DNA of 57,802 bases from a virus. The notes under the pieces are model-generated. The model saw only the letters and a list, made by a program, of their open reading frames with translations, did not search any database and had not been told where the DNA came from. Numbering within the stretch: the stretch's first letter is position 1; the number at the start of each line of letters is the position of its first letter. The stretch is taken from IMG/VR virus record IMGVR_UViG_3300037483_000699, positions 1 to 57,802 of that record, one strand, 5' to 3'. Positions 31,096 to 41,203 of the stretch are shown in pieces. A program made the translations under genes and the position numbers.

Positions 31096-31119
31096 GCCAA
31101 CGAGACTTCAATGTGTCAA
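31090..31119 (-). promoter_or_regulatory. Candidate promoter of the second HNH gene
   Basis: Minus strand reads TTGACA-18 nt-ATGATT-6 nt-ATG(31083). Confidence 0.4.
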
Positions 31120-33833
31120 TGAACATCCTGTGCCACAATAAGGTCAACGAGTGCCTTCCATGCAATGACCCACCGATCCTCAATTTGTCGGCTGAAGGTC
31201 CTGATGAGAACATCTTCCTTGGGATCACCTACGACCACATTCCAAACATTCCCATTGGAAGCTACCGGTCACTCAACTGCAACGAGAACTGGGTATATAG
31301 CCAGGAATCGCAACAGGACGCCAATGACCGAGCGGCACGGATTGTCTGCATTCCTACAGACCCGTGCCCAGACGATGTCTGCCCTCCTGACTGTCCTCCG
31401 AACTGTCCTCAACCTCCGGGGTGCCCTCCTGACTGTCCTCCTGGATGTCCGCCCATTTGCCCTCCAATACCGTGCCCGCCGAACTGTCCGCCGGGATCGA
31501 ATTTCGCCAGCGCGGCTCAGACCTGCACAGATGACTGTCTGAACGGAGATGTATTCAGTCACACGATTTCCGCTGGACGGTTCAACTCGCCGTTCAATCA
31601 GGAACAGGCCGATGCAATGGCCCTGTCCCAGTGCTACAAGGAATTGGCTCAAAGGAAGCTGTGCTTCGGTTTTGGGATGATCCCAGGCTGCGTGGGCTCA
31701 TTCTATGAGCACTTCTTCACCGTGAGCGGTGGCGTTTTTCCGTACAACATCCAGATCGACTCCGCCACGCTACCGCTCGGATTCACCCTCGACAACGCGA
31801 CCGGATATTTTTCAGGGACGGGCTCAACGGCCGACCTCTACCTCCTTCAGATGTCCGCGACGGACTCGAACACTCCTCCCACGGTCATTCACAAAGCGTT
31901 CCAATTCTTCCTGGTCGAAATCGTCACGACCTCCCTTTCGGATGGCAGCGTCGGAGAGGTCTATTCGGATACGCTGACGGCCAATCCAATGCCCGGTGGA
32001 GCAAGTTGGCAACTCTCAACCGGTAGTTTCCCGCCCGGACTCACGCTCGACTCAGCTACGGGTCTGATCTCGGGGACACCAACAAGTATTGGCACGTTCG
32101 CCTTCGTCATCGTGCTGGAAGCGGTGTCGCCGGCTGCTGGGACGATTTGCACGAGCTCATTGTCAATCAAGATCGCCAGTGGAAATGTTCCGTGCGGTTT
32201 CTGGGAGCCAGATGGAGCAACACTGTATGGCGCTCTTGAGTTGCCGTTGACCCATGACGGCTCGGTCCAATGGAGCGGGCTTCCCGAAGGGGAATATCGG
32301 CCGGTGTACCTCGATCACGAGGATCCACTCACCGGGCTTGGGGCGCACATGTTCCAACCGTACCAAGCGGCCTGTCCGGGGCCGACGCTGGTGGACATTT
32401 ACGGTCTCATCGAGTCCGGAGGACTTGGAACGTGTGAACTCCAGGCTACTTCCAGCACAGCATTTCCTAGCACCTTGGATATTGTGGGGATGCAATCTTT
32501 TACGTGTGATCCTTGCGTTACCGGGGTTGACACAGATTATGGTGATCTGACTGAAAACGACGCGATTACCATCTACAACAACCTCTTGACGCTCTTCAAT
32601 CAACCTTCATTTGCGGTTCAAGAACCGAGCAACGTGAATTGGGTTAGGCTCATAAACTTTCGACTGTCCGATTATGTCGCTACCAGTCCGAAGCCGGCAT
32701 TTGACCTTGTTCGTGAGCAACGCCTGATCATCTCACAACCTAGCCAGCTTTCCACGACGGTCGTTCCATCATCCTTGGCAGCTTCCAGATTTCAGATGTC
32801 GTATGAAGGAGATGTCACGGGCGACATTGCCTTTACGGCTGGGGCTGCGGCTGTCCAGGTTGAATTGAACGCTCTCCCGTCCATCGTGGCAGATGGCGGC
32901 GTGGTCTGCGCCGGCGCTCTCGCAACTGGCATGACGATCACTTGGAACAATAATGGCAACAGGGTCGAGATCACGCCGGCTATCGCAACCGTCAGTCCTG
33001 CCTACTTTGCGGACGTGGCGACGACGCAATCCGGAACGGCAGTCCTTCCTGAAATCCAGACGATCACCGTGGCAACGTGGTGTCCGTACCTGATCCAATT
33101 CCCAGCACAACCTATCTGGAATGGTTCCGTGCCGAATCGGGATCTGTGGGACATCAACACATTCAATCATTGGTACATTTCCCTGATTCCCGGGTACTCC
33201 TACAACCCTCCGGTCTTTCAAGTCGAAGACGTGGGACTTCTGGATGTCACCTGCCGCAACGTGTGCGGGCCGGACGCTCCAGTGACGGCCCCTGCCGCGG
33301 CGGCCGGAGCGGCGGGCAATGTGAACGCCGGCACCCACAGTTGGGTGATCGTCTTCGTGACGACGGTGACCGCGCCGATCAACTTCGCGGAAAGTGGGCC
33401 TTCGCCCGCTGTCTCCCTGAGCCTTGCTGTGAACTCGCAGGTGAACCTGACGAATATTCCGCTGGGACCGGCGGGCACAACGGCCCGTTACATCTACCGC
33501 ACGATGCTAGGCCAGACGATTCCCCGCTACGTGGGCCAGATCGCGAACAACGTGGCGACCATCTTCACCGACAACGTGGCGGACGCGACGATTGCCCTCG
33601 CCAACCCGGTCCAGCCATCCTCGCACTTCTGGGACATCGTCTTCACGGCGGTCGCCGACCCATTCAGCTTTGGTGCGCCCTACGGCTTCTACGATGCACT
33701 TTGGCGCGGCTACAAGATCATCGGAAACAAACCCACCGGTCGTTACTACCCCTGGGCGCCTCGGGTTCAGTTCAATGCCAGTCAGTACCACGCCGATCTC
33801 AACGACGGCATCCCTTACCTGGACATCCAATGA
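31119..33833 (+). CDS. Fibre/adhesin-like protein (~904 aa) with a (CPPx)9 stalk and He_PIG-type Ig domains (alternative GTG start at 31113)
   Basis: CPPDCPPNCPQPPGCPPDCPPGCPPICPPIPCPPNCPPG. Ig motifs FTLDNATGYFSGTG and LTLDSATGLISGTPTSIGTF. Confidence 0.65.
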   Translation: MNILCHNKVNECLPCNDPPILNLSAEGPDENIFLGITYDHIPNIPIGSYRSLNCNENWVYSQESQQDANDRAARIVCIPTDPCPDDVCPPDCPPNCPQPPGCPPDCPPGCPPICPPIPCPPNCPPGSNFASAAQTCTDDCLNGDVFSHTISAGRFNSPFNQEQADAMALSQCYKELAQRKLCFGFGMIPGCVGSFYEHFFTVSGGVFPYNIQIDSATLPLGFTLDNATGYFSGTGSTADLYLLQMSATDSNTPPTVIHKAFQFFLVEIVTTSLSDGSVGEVYSDTLTANPMPGGASWQLSTGSFPPGLTLDSATGLISGTPTSIGTFAFVIVLEAVSPAAGTICTSSLSIKIASGNVPCGFWEPDGATLYGALELPLTHDGSVQWSGLPEGEYRPVYLDHEDPLTGLGAHMFQPYQAACPGPTLVDIYGLIESGGLGTCELQATSSTAFPSTLDIVGMQSFTCDPCVTGVDTDYGDLTENDAITIYNNLLTLFNQPSFAVQEPSNVNWVRLINFRLSDYVATSPKPAFDLVREQRLIISQPSQLSTTVVPSSLAASRFQMSYEGDVTGDIAFTAGAAAVQVELNALPSIVADGGVVCAGALATGMTITWNNNGNRVEITPAIATVSPAYFADVATTQSGTAVLPEIQTITVATWCPYLIQFPAQPIWNGSVPNRDLWDINTFNHWYISLIPGYSYNPPVFQVEDVGLLDVTCRNVCGPDAPVTAPAAAAGAAGNVNAGTHSWVIVFVTTVTAPINFAESGPSPAVSLSLAVNSQVNLTNIPLGPAGTTARYIYRTMLGQTIPRYVGQIANNVATIFTDNVADATIALANPVQPSSHFWDIVFTAVADPFSFGAPYGFYDALWRGYKIIGNKPTGRYYPWAPRVQFNASQYHADLNDGIPYLDIQ

Positions 33834-34219
33834 TGAAACCCATCCTGCTATTGCTCGCGCTGGCCATTTCGGCGACAGCCGCTGAACTCCAGTTCGCCTG
33901 GGACCCGAATGCCACCAACGAACAAATCATCGCCTACCGCCTCTACAGCTCGCCGAACGTCGCTGGCCCCTACACGCTGGCGGCGGAGACGGGCACCAAC
34001 ACCACCGCCACGATCACGAATGCGATCCTTGGCCAAGCCTTCTACTACATGACCGCGTCGAACTTCTGGGGTGAGTCTGAGCGAAGCATCGGTGTCAGCA
34101 CGCCGGCTGTGGCGCTCCCCGTGAACACGCTCTCCCTAAAACTGCTCTCGGCGGGCGCGAAACAATATGTCCTGAGCCTCTCGAAAGCTCGTCGGGTAAT
34201 CCCGATGCCACCCAAGTAG
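33830..34219 (+). CDS. Secreted FN3-like domain protein (129 aa) with an N-terminal signal peptide
   Basis: MMKPILLLLALAISATAAE, then W..........Y.LY....................FYYMTASNFWGESERS (FN3 pattern). Start overlaps the upstream stop. Confidence 0.55.
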   Translation: MMKPILLLLALAISATAAELQFAWDPNATNEQIIAYRLYSSPNVAGPYTLAAETGTNTTATITNAILGQAFYYMTASNFWGESERSIGVSTPAVALPVNTLSLKLLSAGAKQYVLSLSKARRVIPMPPK

Positions 34220-34259
34220 GTGCTTGCTACTGGAAGGGCAACGTGCAACAGGTTTAGCA

Positions 34260-35354
34260 ATGGCAATCTCAAGGCTGCGCCTAAAAAATCTGATGGATGG
34301 TGAGCTTCCGAGTTTGATCGGCGTCTGTTCAGGAGACTGGCCGAGGCTGGCGGCCGAGGTCAACCGCGCCCAGCGCCGGCTCAACACCTGCCGCGAGGCG
34401 GGAGAGACAGGTTGGTGGGGATCTTACGCCGAGATGGTCTTCAACGTCACCCGCAATTCGCCTTCCATCACTCTTCCACGGGGCATCGCCCGTCTCATTT
34501 CGGTCAACGCTTGCGAGTACCCAATCGAGGTCAACAACCAGTTCTATGAGTACGTCATGTTCGGCAGCGGCAACTGGCCTAAAACGCTGTGTGGTTCGTC
34601 ATCTGCGACCTCGTCCGCATGCCGTACCCAAGGATTCCGACGCAACGCCGTCTGCACTTTCACCGACTTGGCATCCTCCGGTGAATTTCTCCGCATCTAT
34701 TCGGAGAACATCGCCGACAATGGGATGCGCGTTATGGTGGGGTGCCGAGACATCAATGGAACCACCCAGCGCCAGCTTGACGGAGCGTTTCCCGTTCAGG
34801 GCCTCTTCGCAACGCTGTTCAATCCTTGGGTGAACCTGACTCTACCGGGAATCGCGACACCACTAGAACTGTCCGCCATCACCAACATCCAGAAGGATGT
34901 CACCATCGGCTACGTCCACTTTTACGCTGTCAACGTCACCACCGGCGCGGAACGCCTGCTACTGACGATGGACCCGGGAGAGACGGTTGCCGCATACCAA
35001 CGCTATTACTTCCAGGACCTTCCTCGCGGGTGCTGCTCGGCGCCCACTGTCACCGACGACTCGGTTGTTCAGGTGAAGGCGATGGTGCGGCTTGACCTCG
35101 TCCCCGTCGTGGTGGATTCAGATTACCTCCTGATTCAGTCCGAAGACGCCATCATTGCGGAGTGCCAAGCGGTACGGTTCGGAGACCATGATGACCCGGG
35201 AGGCAAGACACAGGCTGCGGAACGACACCGCGAGGCCGTGCGGTATCTCCAGGGGCAATTAGTTTTGTTCGAGGGACGGGATCATCCAGCGATTTCGTTC
35301 AAGCCGTTCGGTTCAGCCGCGCTCGCAAACCAGAAGATCGGAACGCTCATTTGA
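34260..35354 (+). CDS. Virion structural protein (364 aa), function unknown
   Basis: First ATG of ORF 34224-35354. Confidence 0.55.
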   Translation: MAISRLRLKNLMDGELPSLIGVCSGDWPRLAAEVNRAQRRLNTCREAGETGWWGSYAEMVFNVTRNSPSITLPRGIARLISVNACEYPIEVNNQFYEYVMFGSGNWPKTLCGSSSATSSACRTQGFRRNAVCTFTDLASSGEFLRIYSENIADNGMRVMVGCRDINGTTQRQLDGAFPVQGLFATLFNPWVNLTLPGIATPLELSAITNIQKDVTIGYVHFYAVNVTTGAERLLLTMDPGETVAAYQRYYFQDLPRGCCSAPTVTDDSVVQVKAMVRLDLVPVVVDSDYLLIQSEDAIIAECQAVRFGDHDDPGGKTQAAERHREAVRYLQGQLVLFEGRDHPAISFKPFGSAALANQKIGTLI

Positions 35355-35362
35355 GGTGACCC

Positions 35363-36088
35363 ATGCCAACCTACTCGCCAATGAATCCTGCGCTGTATCG
35401 CACCTCGCGAGAACAGCGGGCCGCCTGGGCGGCTGAGGGAAGGGCACAAGCGGCCCATCCGCTGGACGCAATCGACAACATCACCGCCAGTGTCCCTGGA
35501 GCCGAGACGGAGGGATTGCCTCAACCCAACACCACCGGGACTCCTGGGGGTGGCGGCATTCCCGGAGTCAGCCAGTATGACGATGATCCGCGACTCAACG
35601 AGATCATCAACGAGTTGCTCAATCCACCAGAGGTATTCGCCGATGTGAGCCGTCGTGCTGCCGAGACGGCGGCGGGCCGCGGCGTTGCGGGTTCGGATGC
35701 CGGCTTCGGGACAGCCTTGCGGATGACCGACGAGGAACGGCTTCGCCGTATCGGAATGGGCACGTCGCTTGTCGGCGAACGTGAAACGTCTCGCAGGCAG
35801 GAGACTGAATTGGGGAACCGGACCCGTGAAATCGACCTGCGCGCTGAGCAAATCCGGGCCGACATCGCGCTCGGAAACAGAACCGCCGCCAACCAGGAAG
35901 AGCTGACGCGGCTGCAACAGGAGCGGGACGAGATCGCGGCTGAACTGGGAAGATTGCAGGCCCAGCTTCAGCGAGACATCCAATCACGCCTTGGAACGCC
36001 CAACGCTGCCGCTACCGCCGGGCAGGGCTACCAAGGTAGCTTTTGGTCCCAGCCGTGGGATTGGCTGTCTGGCACGGGAGGTATTTGA
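35363..36088 (+). CDS. Internal virion/ejection-like protein candidate (241 aa, coiled-coil C-terminus)
   Basis: ORF track. GAGGTGA lies upstream. Position precedes the giant protein. Confidence 0.5.
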   Translation: MPTYSPMNPALYRTSREQRAAWAAEGRAQAAHPLDAIDNITASVPGAETEGLPQPNTTGTPGGGGIPGVSQYDDDPRLNEIINELLNPPEVFADVSRRAAETAAGRGVAGSDAGFGTALRMTDEERLRRIGMGTSLVGERETSRRQETELGNRTREIDLRAEQIRADIALGNRTAANQEELTRLQQERDEIAAELGRLQAQLQRDIQSRLGTPNAAATAGQGYQGSFWSQPWDWLSGTGGI

Positions 36089-36091
36089 TCT

Positions 36092-36970
36092 ATGGCCAAT
36101 CCCTACGAAATGACGGCGTTGGAAGACCCAGCCGAGATCGGCTCGGACCTTCCTCCTGGTGGTGGTCGGATCCAGATGCCCGGTGGTGACGTGCGGAGTT
36201 TCCAGTTCGAGATACCCGCCGGCTCCGACTCGCCAGAAGTTCGCCGTCAGGCCGCGCTTGATGACATGCAGTTCAATGTCCAGAGGCGGCAAGCTGAACA
36301 GGCAGCCGAGGACGAACAGTACATGAAGGACCTGATGGCCAACGCCCAGGTCCAGCAGGCGCAAAAGGCCATCGACGCCGCGATGAAGTATCAGTCCATG
36401 CGGCGTTTCGACAGGGACATCGAAGCCGCGAAGGCATCTGGCATGTCGAGCGAACAGGCCATGATTCAGGCGGCAATGAGAAACCCGCTTGCGTTCGGGG
36501 GTGGAAGCGGGGCAGTTTCGGTGATAAACGCCATCCGCCCGCCTCCGGCCGTCCAATTCGGCACGGCTGACAGTGGACGAGGATACGCAATGGGTGGACG
36601 GTACGGGAACACTGTCAGTTGGGAACCCAACCCACCGCGAGAGTTCGATGAGTCCGGCCTCACGGCAGGCCAGGGCCGACAGGTTTCCGTCAAACAGCAA
36701 CAGGCGAATCGGTTGTCGCAAAGGATCAACAGCCTCTTTCCGAACGACCCCAGCCGCCCCGAGCTGGAAGCTCAACTCCAAGTACTCGAGGGCGAGATCA
36801 ACGAATTGTCTGGAGGTTCGCCGCCGCGTCCAACGATTGCGCCTCCGGCCGGCATGGCGGCTTCACCGGAGAGGACGGTATTTCAAGACTCGGCCGCCGC
36901 TCGCGCAACCGGTTTCAAGAAGGGTGACAAGGTTCGCATCAAGGGCGTCGGGCTTGTCCAGTTGAGGTGA
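36092..36970 (+). CDS. Internal virion/ejection-like protein candidate (292 aa)
   Basis: ORF track, tightly packed with its neighbours. Confidence 0.5.
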   Translation: MANPYEMTALEDPAEIGSDLPPGGGRIQMPGGDVRSFQFEIPAGSDSPEVRRQAALDDMQFNVQRRQAEQAAEDEQYMKDLMANAQVQQAQKAIDAAMKYQSMRRFDRDIEAAKASGMSSEQAMIQAAMRNPLAFGGGSGAVSVINAIRPPPAVQFGTADSGRGYAMGGRYGNTVSWEPNPPREFDESGLTAGQGRQVSVKQQQANRLSQRINSLFPNDPSRPELEAQLQVLEGEINELSGGSPPRPTIAPPAGMAASPERTVFQDSAAARATGFKKGDKVRIKGVGLVQLR

Positions 36971-36971
36971 C

Positions 36972-39900
36972 ATGCCAGCCGACTACGATGTGATCGAGCC
37001 AGAGGTTGCGCCAGCTACGGACTACGATGTAGTGGAGCCGGAGATCGAGGAGTCCTCTCCTGAGCGTGATTTTCCCGGCAAGGAGGAACTGTACGCCAAG
37101 GAAGCCTCACTTCGCCGTAAGACAGGTGTGCTTCGAGAATTGGAGGCGTTCACTGGTGCTGCCGCTGACCCCATCGGAACACTGATTCGAGGCGGCCAAG
37201 CAGGATTGCAGTTGGCTGGGCTCGTTTCCAAGGATGCCCCGCCAATCGTCGCTCCGGGACAGCGCCTACTTCCGGTGAACGCACCCGATGTCAGACAGTT
37301 CTTGAGGAATGCACCTGGAGTTCGAGGCAGTGTCCTTGGTGCATTATCCGAGACGGATGTGCCAGAGGTTGCCGAAGAACTGAGCGGCATGACCACCACA
37401 GAATCCCTTGGCATCACACCGGCATTGGCTGCTGGAGGTGCTCCCGCCAAGGCTGCTCTTGCCGCGATCAGTTCTCAGGCCATAGTGGAGCTTCCGAGAT
37501 CAATCCGCGCTCTTATTGAAGCGCCACCGGATGAGAAAGCTCAAGCCAGAGCGCGGGTTCTTGTGCAGGGTGCGATGGCCGCTGCGCCAGCCATCCCAAC
37601 CGTTGCTCGTGGAGTCGGAAGGGCGGCAGAGGCAGTGCGACGGCCAAGTGAATGGATCGAGCCGTCGCCCGACATTGCCCCCGGCGTAGAACCTTTCGTT
37701 CGTCCAATACAACCACCAACCGGAGGAGTTCCAAATGCCCTACCAGTCCAACCAAAAGGCCCTGTTCCAAGCGTGTATCCACAACCCGAAGTCGGTCAAG
37801 GGCCAGTGCCCAGACCCGGCCTTCCTGCGCCAGTTCCAGCAGGAGGAGGCGGCAAAGCACGCCCACCCGGAGATGCGCCGGTCGATCCACGACCGGAACC
37901 GCCGGGAGCACAGACGGTAGCGCCCATGTCTGTCGAGCCCAAGCCACCGGCTCCCGCCGCGCCGGCTGCTGCGCCAGAACCTGCAGTTGTTCCAGGTTTT
38001 GCGGTAAAGAATAGGCCCGCAGAGGTGGCAGATGTCGCCCAACGTCTCTACCCGAATGACGCCCCCGCGGCACTCCGGTTGGAGACATTCAGCGAGCCCA
38101 CGGAAATCTCCAATATGCGTCAGCGGATGACCGCCGACGCCGAGGGAAAGGCGATTGCGACTCCGGCTGCTGAATGGGCCGCCATCACTGCGGCCCGCTC
38201 GGCTCCGGACCCGAATGTCATCCTGAAGCAGTGGGGAGATGCCGCAATCGAGAAGGCCAAGCAAACCCGTGCGGAGATGTCCAAGCCGAAAAAGGACTTC
38301 GACAAGGCCCAGTTGCTTCAATACCAGCAGCAACTCATTGGTGAAGGTCTCCAGGCTGTTGGAAGTGAAGGATTGCAGTTTGGGGTGAAACCCGACGTTG
38401 TCGCGGAAGCTCAACGCCAATGGGTGCGTGTCAATCAGATTGTCTCCGAACCCGCCAAAGCTGCGCCCGTTGTCGAACCCGTGACGCCTCCCGCGGCTCC
38501 GGCCCCCACGGCACCCATTTCCCAAACCGTTCCGGGCGTCATACCCAAACCAGCGGAGCCGAGCGCTCCAGTTGCACCTAGACCCGTCGAGCCGGTGGGG
38601 GAGCTTGTTCCTGCCAAGCCAGTCGCCGAGACTCCGAAGCCTGAGACTGCGGAGGGAGCCGCGCCGGAGTTCAAAGGCCCGGGCGCCGAAGCTGTGGCTG
38701 AGGCGGTGGACCGCGAGCAACGCAACGAACGCCGCGCCGGTCCGGCACCGCCCGATGTTCCACCGCCCGTCGCCGAGGAAGCTGGACTGTCGCCCGAGGC
38801 CCGTATCCGACGTCGCGTGGCCGAGAAGGATGTCATGCCCATGCGGGACTTCCTCGCCTCGCCTGAATTCGAGTTTCGCAAGAACCGCGAAGCTGGTGGC
38901 TACGTCACTCGGCTCATCGAGGCAGTCCTGGGTTTCAAGGCCAGGGCCTCGCGCACCAACGAGGCGTTCGTCAAGAACCTCTGGGACAAGCTCAGCGACG
39001 CCGACCAACTCCGCGTCACGAAGGCCATGCGCGACGTGTATGCCGGCGACCTCGAAGCTGTCCGGAATCTCCCGGAGAACCTCCGGAACGTGGCGGACCG
39101 CACGCGCGGCTACTTCGACCTCACGCGCGAGCGCATCATCGAAGTCAAGCAACAGGACTTGATCGACTCGCTACCCGATGCCCGCAGCGCCGCCGTGCTG
39201 GCCATTCGGGACGAGGGAATGACCACTGCCGAGGCGTTCAAGCGGTTCAAGCTGCGTGAAGCTGGCAGGAGAGGTGTCCTCGACGCCCTGGAAGAACTCC
39301 AGGATCTCCGCACCTGGGGCCTTGACAACTACGTCACCAACATCGAACTGGGTTCGTACCTGGTCCGGACAGACGCGAATACGGTCATTGCCATCGGTGA
39401 CAGCGTGACCTCCGCCACCGCGAAGGCCCGCAAGTACCTCGAAGACCATCCCGAGTATGAGGGCGACCTGATTCTCGACGACTCCTACTCCGGCCCTACC
39501 GACGTGCCGACGAAGCTCTCTCAGGCCAGCTACTACCGCACGATCAGCAAGCTCTCTCAACAGTTGAACGTCTCCTCGAAGAAGATCCAGGAGGCGCTCC
39601 GCCGAGAAGGCAAGCCGAGCATCATCGTCAAGCCGACCTCGAAGTACGCCCGACCGCTTCAACAGCGCCGAGGCATTTTGGCCGGCGAAGTCAGTCTGGC
39701 CGACTCGCTCCCGTCCTACATCTTCTCCATCGAGAAGAAGCTCGCCCTGGATCCGCTCCTGAAAGAAGCCCAAACCTTGCTCCCGAAGTTGCCAGAAAAC
39801 ATCTCAAAGCAAGTCGAGGCCCTGATCGAACAAAGCAAGGGCACCAAGCCGGTATCCGACCAGATTGCCGACTACCTTCTCTCACCTCTCGGCAGCCGAC

Positions 39901-41201
39901 CGTTCGCTGCCAGTCGTGGCGTAAACCTTCTGCGCAATATCACGACCGTTGGGAAACTTGGCTACCGGCCGGTGTCAGCCGCCGTCAACCGTCTTGGTGG
40001 CTTGCACGCCACTTGGACGAAGGCAGGTACACGGTGGTGGATTGAAGGCCGAAAGTTCCGGCACTCGCGCGAGTTCGAGGCAGTTTGGGACCGGAACAAG
40101 GATTTTGTGGGCTGGGAATCGACGCTGGCTTCGGTCGAGGGCGCAACGCATCCGATTACGAAGATCTGGCATCCTCTGGGCCTGTTCCAGTGGGCAGAGC
40201 GCGTCAACCGGCCCGAAGCCTTCGCCACGTTCTACCAGCAAGCCCGCAAGGGCATGGGCATGGAAGGACCACAGGCTGAAGCCTACGCACGAGGGATGAC
40301 CCGCTTCACCCAGAACATCTATGATCCTGTGGCGCTCCCGAGAGCGATGCGTGGCCCAGCCGGTCGGCTGGTTCTCCAGTTCAAGCCGTATCTGGTGAAG
40401 CACCTGGAACTCCTCTCCACGCTTCGCGGCGCGGAGATCCCGCGCTACCTCAGCGGATTTCTGGCCTTGGGCGGCCCACGCGCCTACATCTTTCTCTTGC
40501 GGTCTCTCCCGTTCGTCGGAACAGCGTGGCTCCTGCGCGAAGCTGAAGACTGGTTGAACAAAGAAGCTCCGTCCGCCAGCCGCGGGATTGGTGGCGCCGT
40601 TGGCGTGGACGTGACGGCCGCCGTGACTCCACAGCTACCAACCCGACCAGAGGATTGGATTGGGCCTGCCCTGTCCGACCTCTACCGGCTCAATCGAGAC
40701 GTGGTCGGTCCGATGATTCGTGGCGAAAGCAAAGACTGGAACGATGTGGCAGAATGGGGGTCCCGCCTCATGCCCGCCGCGTTCTATTGGCGTCAGCTTG
40801 TCGATTCAGCCCTCGACGACCAAGGTTGGACTGAGGATGACCGCGGCCGACTCCGTTACCAAGCGAAGTCCGCTGACAAAATCAAGTATCTGATGGGCGC
40901 GAAGCCGCTCAAGCAATCCATCGAGGAAGTCGAGTCCCGCTACCTCCGCGAGACAGAAGCCATTTTCAAGCTCAACCGCACAAAGGCTATCGACCGCTAT
41001 TTGGATGCCCTGGACCGCAAGGATACCGCCGAGGCTGCCGACCGGTTCCGCGACATACAGGACTACGGCATCACGCGCGAGATGGTGCTGAATGCCGCGA
41101 AACAGCGATTCCGAGGTCCCAAAGAACGGCTCTACCGAACCCTCTCCCTGAAGACTCGCAGCCGCGAGTGGGAACGCTTCGCGCCCGAAGCTAAAGAGTA
41201 G
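36972..41201 (+). CDS. Giant virion protein (1409 aa), ejection/pilot-protein candidate
   Basis: Long Pro/Ala-rich linkers in the N-terminal half and an alpha-rich C-terminal half. No catalytic motif recognised. Confidence 0.55.
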   Translation: MPADYDVIEPEVAPATDYDVVEPEIEESSPERDFPGKEELYAKEASLRRKTGVLRELEAFTGAAADPIGTLIRGGQAGLQLAGLVSKDAPPIVAPGQRLLPVNAPDVRQFLRNAPGVRGSVLGALSETDVPEVAEELSGMTTTESLGITPALAAGGAPAKAALAAISSQAIVELPRSIRALIEAPPDEKAQARARVLVQGAMAAAPAIPTVARGVGRAAEAVRRPSEWIEPSPDIAPGVEPFVRPIQPPTGGVPNALPVQPKGPVPSVYPQPEVGQGPVPRPGLPAPVPAGGGGKARPPGDAPVDPRPEPPGAQTVAPMSVEPKPPAPAAPAAAPEPAVVPGFAVKNRPAEVADVAQRLYPNDAPAALRLETFSEPTEISNMRQRMTADAEGKAIATPAAEWAAITAARSAPDPNVILKQWGDAAIEKAKQTRAEMSKPKKDFDKAQLLQYQQQLIGEGLQAVGSEGLQFGVKPDVVAEAQRQWVRVNQIVSEPAKAAPVVEPVTPPAAPAPTAPISQTVPGVIPKPAEPSAPVAPRPVEPVGELVPAKPVAETPKPETAEGAAPEFKGPGAEAVAEAVDREQRNERRAGPAPPDVPPPVAEEAGLSPEARIRRRVAEKDVMPMRDFLASPEFEFRKNREAGGYVTRLIEAVLGFKARASRTNEAFVKNLWDKLSDADQLRVTKAMRDVYAGDLEAVRNLPENLRNVADRTRGYFDLTRERIIEVKQQDLIDSLPDARSAAVLAIRDEGMTTAEAFKRFKLREAGRRGVLDALEELQDLRTWGLDNYVTNIELGSYLVRTDANTVIAIGDSVTSATAKARKYLEDHPEYEGDLILDDSYSGPTDVPTKLSQASYYRTISKLSQQLNVSSKKIQEALRREGKPSIIVKPTSKYARPLQQRRGILAGEVSLADSLPSYIFSIEKKLALDPLLKEAQTLLPKLPENISKQVEALIEQSKGTKPVSDQIADYLLSPLGSRPFAASRGVNLLRNITTVGKLGYRPVSAAVNRLGGLHATWTKAGTRWWIEGRKFRHSREFEAVWDRNKDFVGWESTLASVEGATHPITKIWHPLGLFQWAERVNRPEAFATFYQQARKGMGMEGPQAEAYARGMTRFTQNIYDPVALPRAMRGPAGRLVLQFKPYLVKHLELLSTLRGAEIPRYLSGFLALGGPRAYIFLLRSLPFVGTAWLLREAEDWLNKEAPSASRGIGGAVGVDVTAAVTPQLPTRPEDWIGPALSDLYRLNRDVVGPMIRGESKDWNDVAEWGSRLMPAAFYWRQLVDSALDDQGWTEDDRGRLRYQAKSADKIKYLMGAKPLKQSIEEVESRYLRETEAIFKLNRTKAIDRYLDALDRKDTAEAADRFRDIQDYGITREMVLNAAKQRFRGPKERLYRTLSLKTRSREWERFAPEAKE

Positions 41202-41203
41202 GC

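Noticed and set aside
37740-39152. Long antisense ORFs (also 10433-11371, 41543-42931, 52126-53238, 56132-57082, 1483-2109)
   Set aside because: Their Arg/Gly/Pro/Leu-rich junk-like translations sit opposite clearly coding frames. These are typical shadow ORFs of GC-rich DNA.
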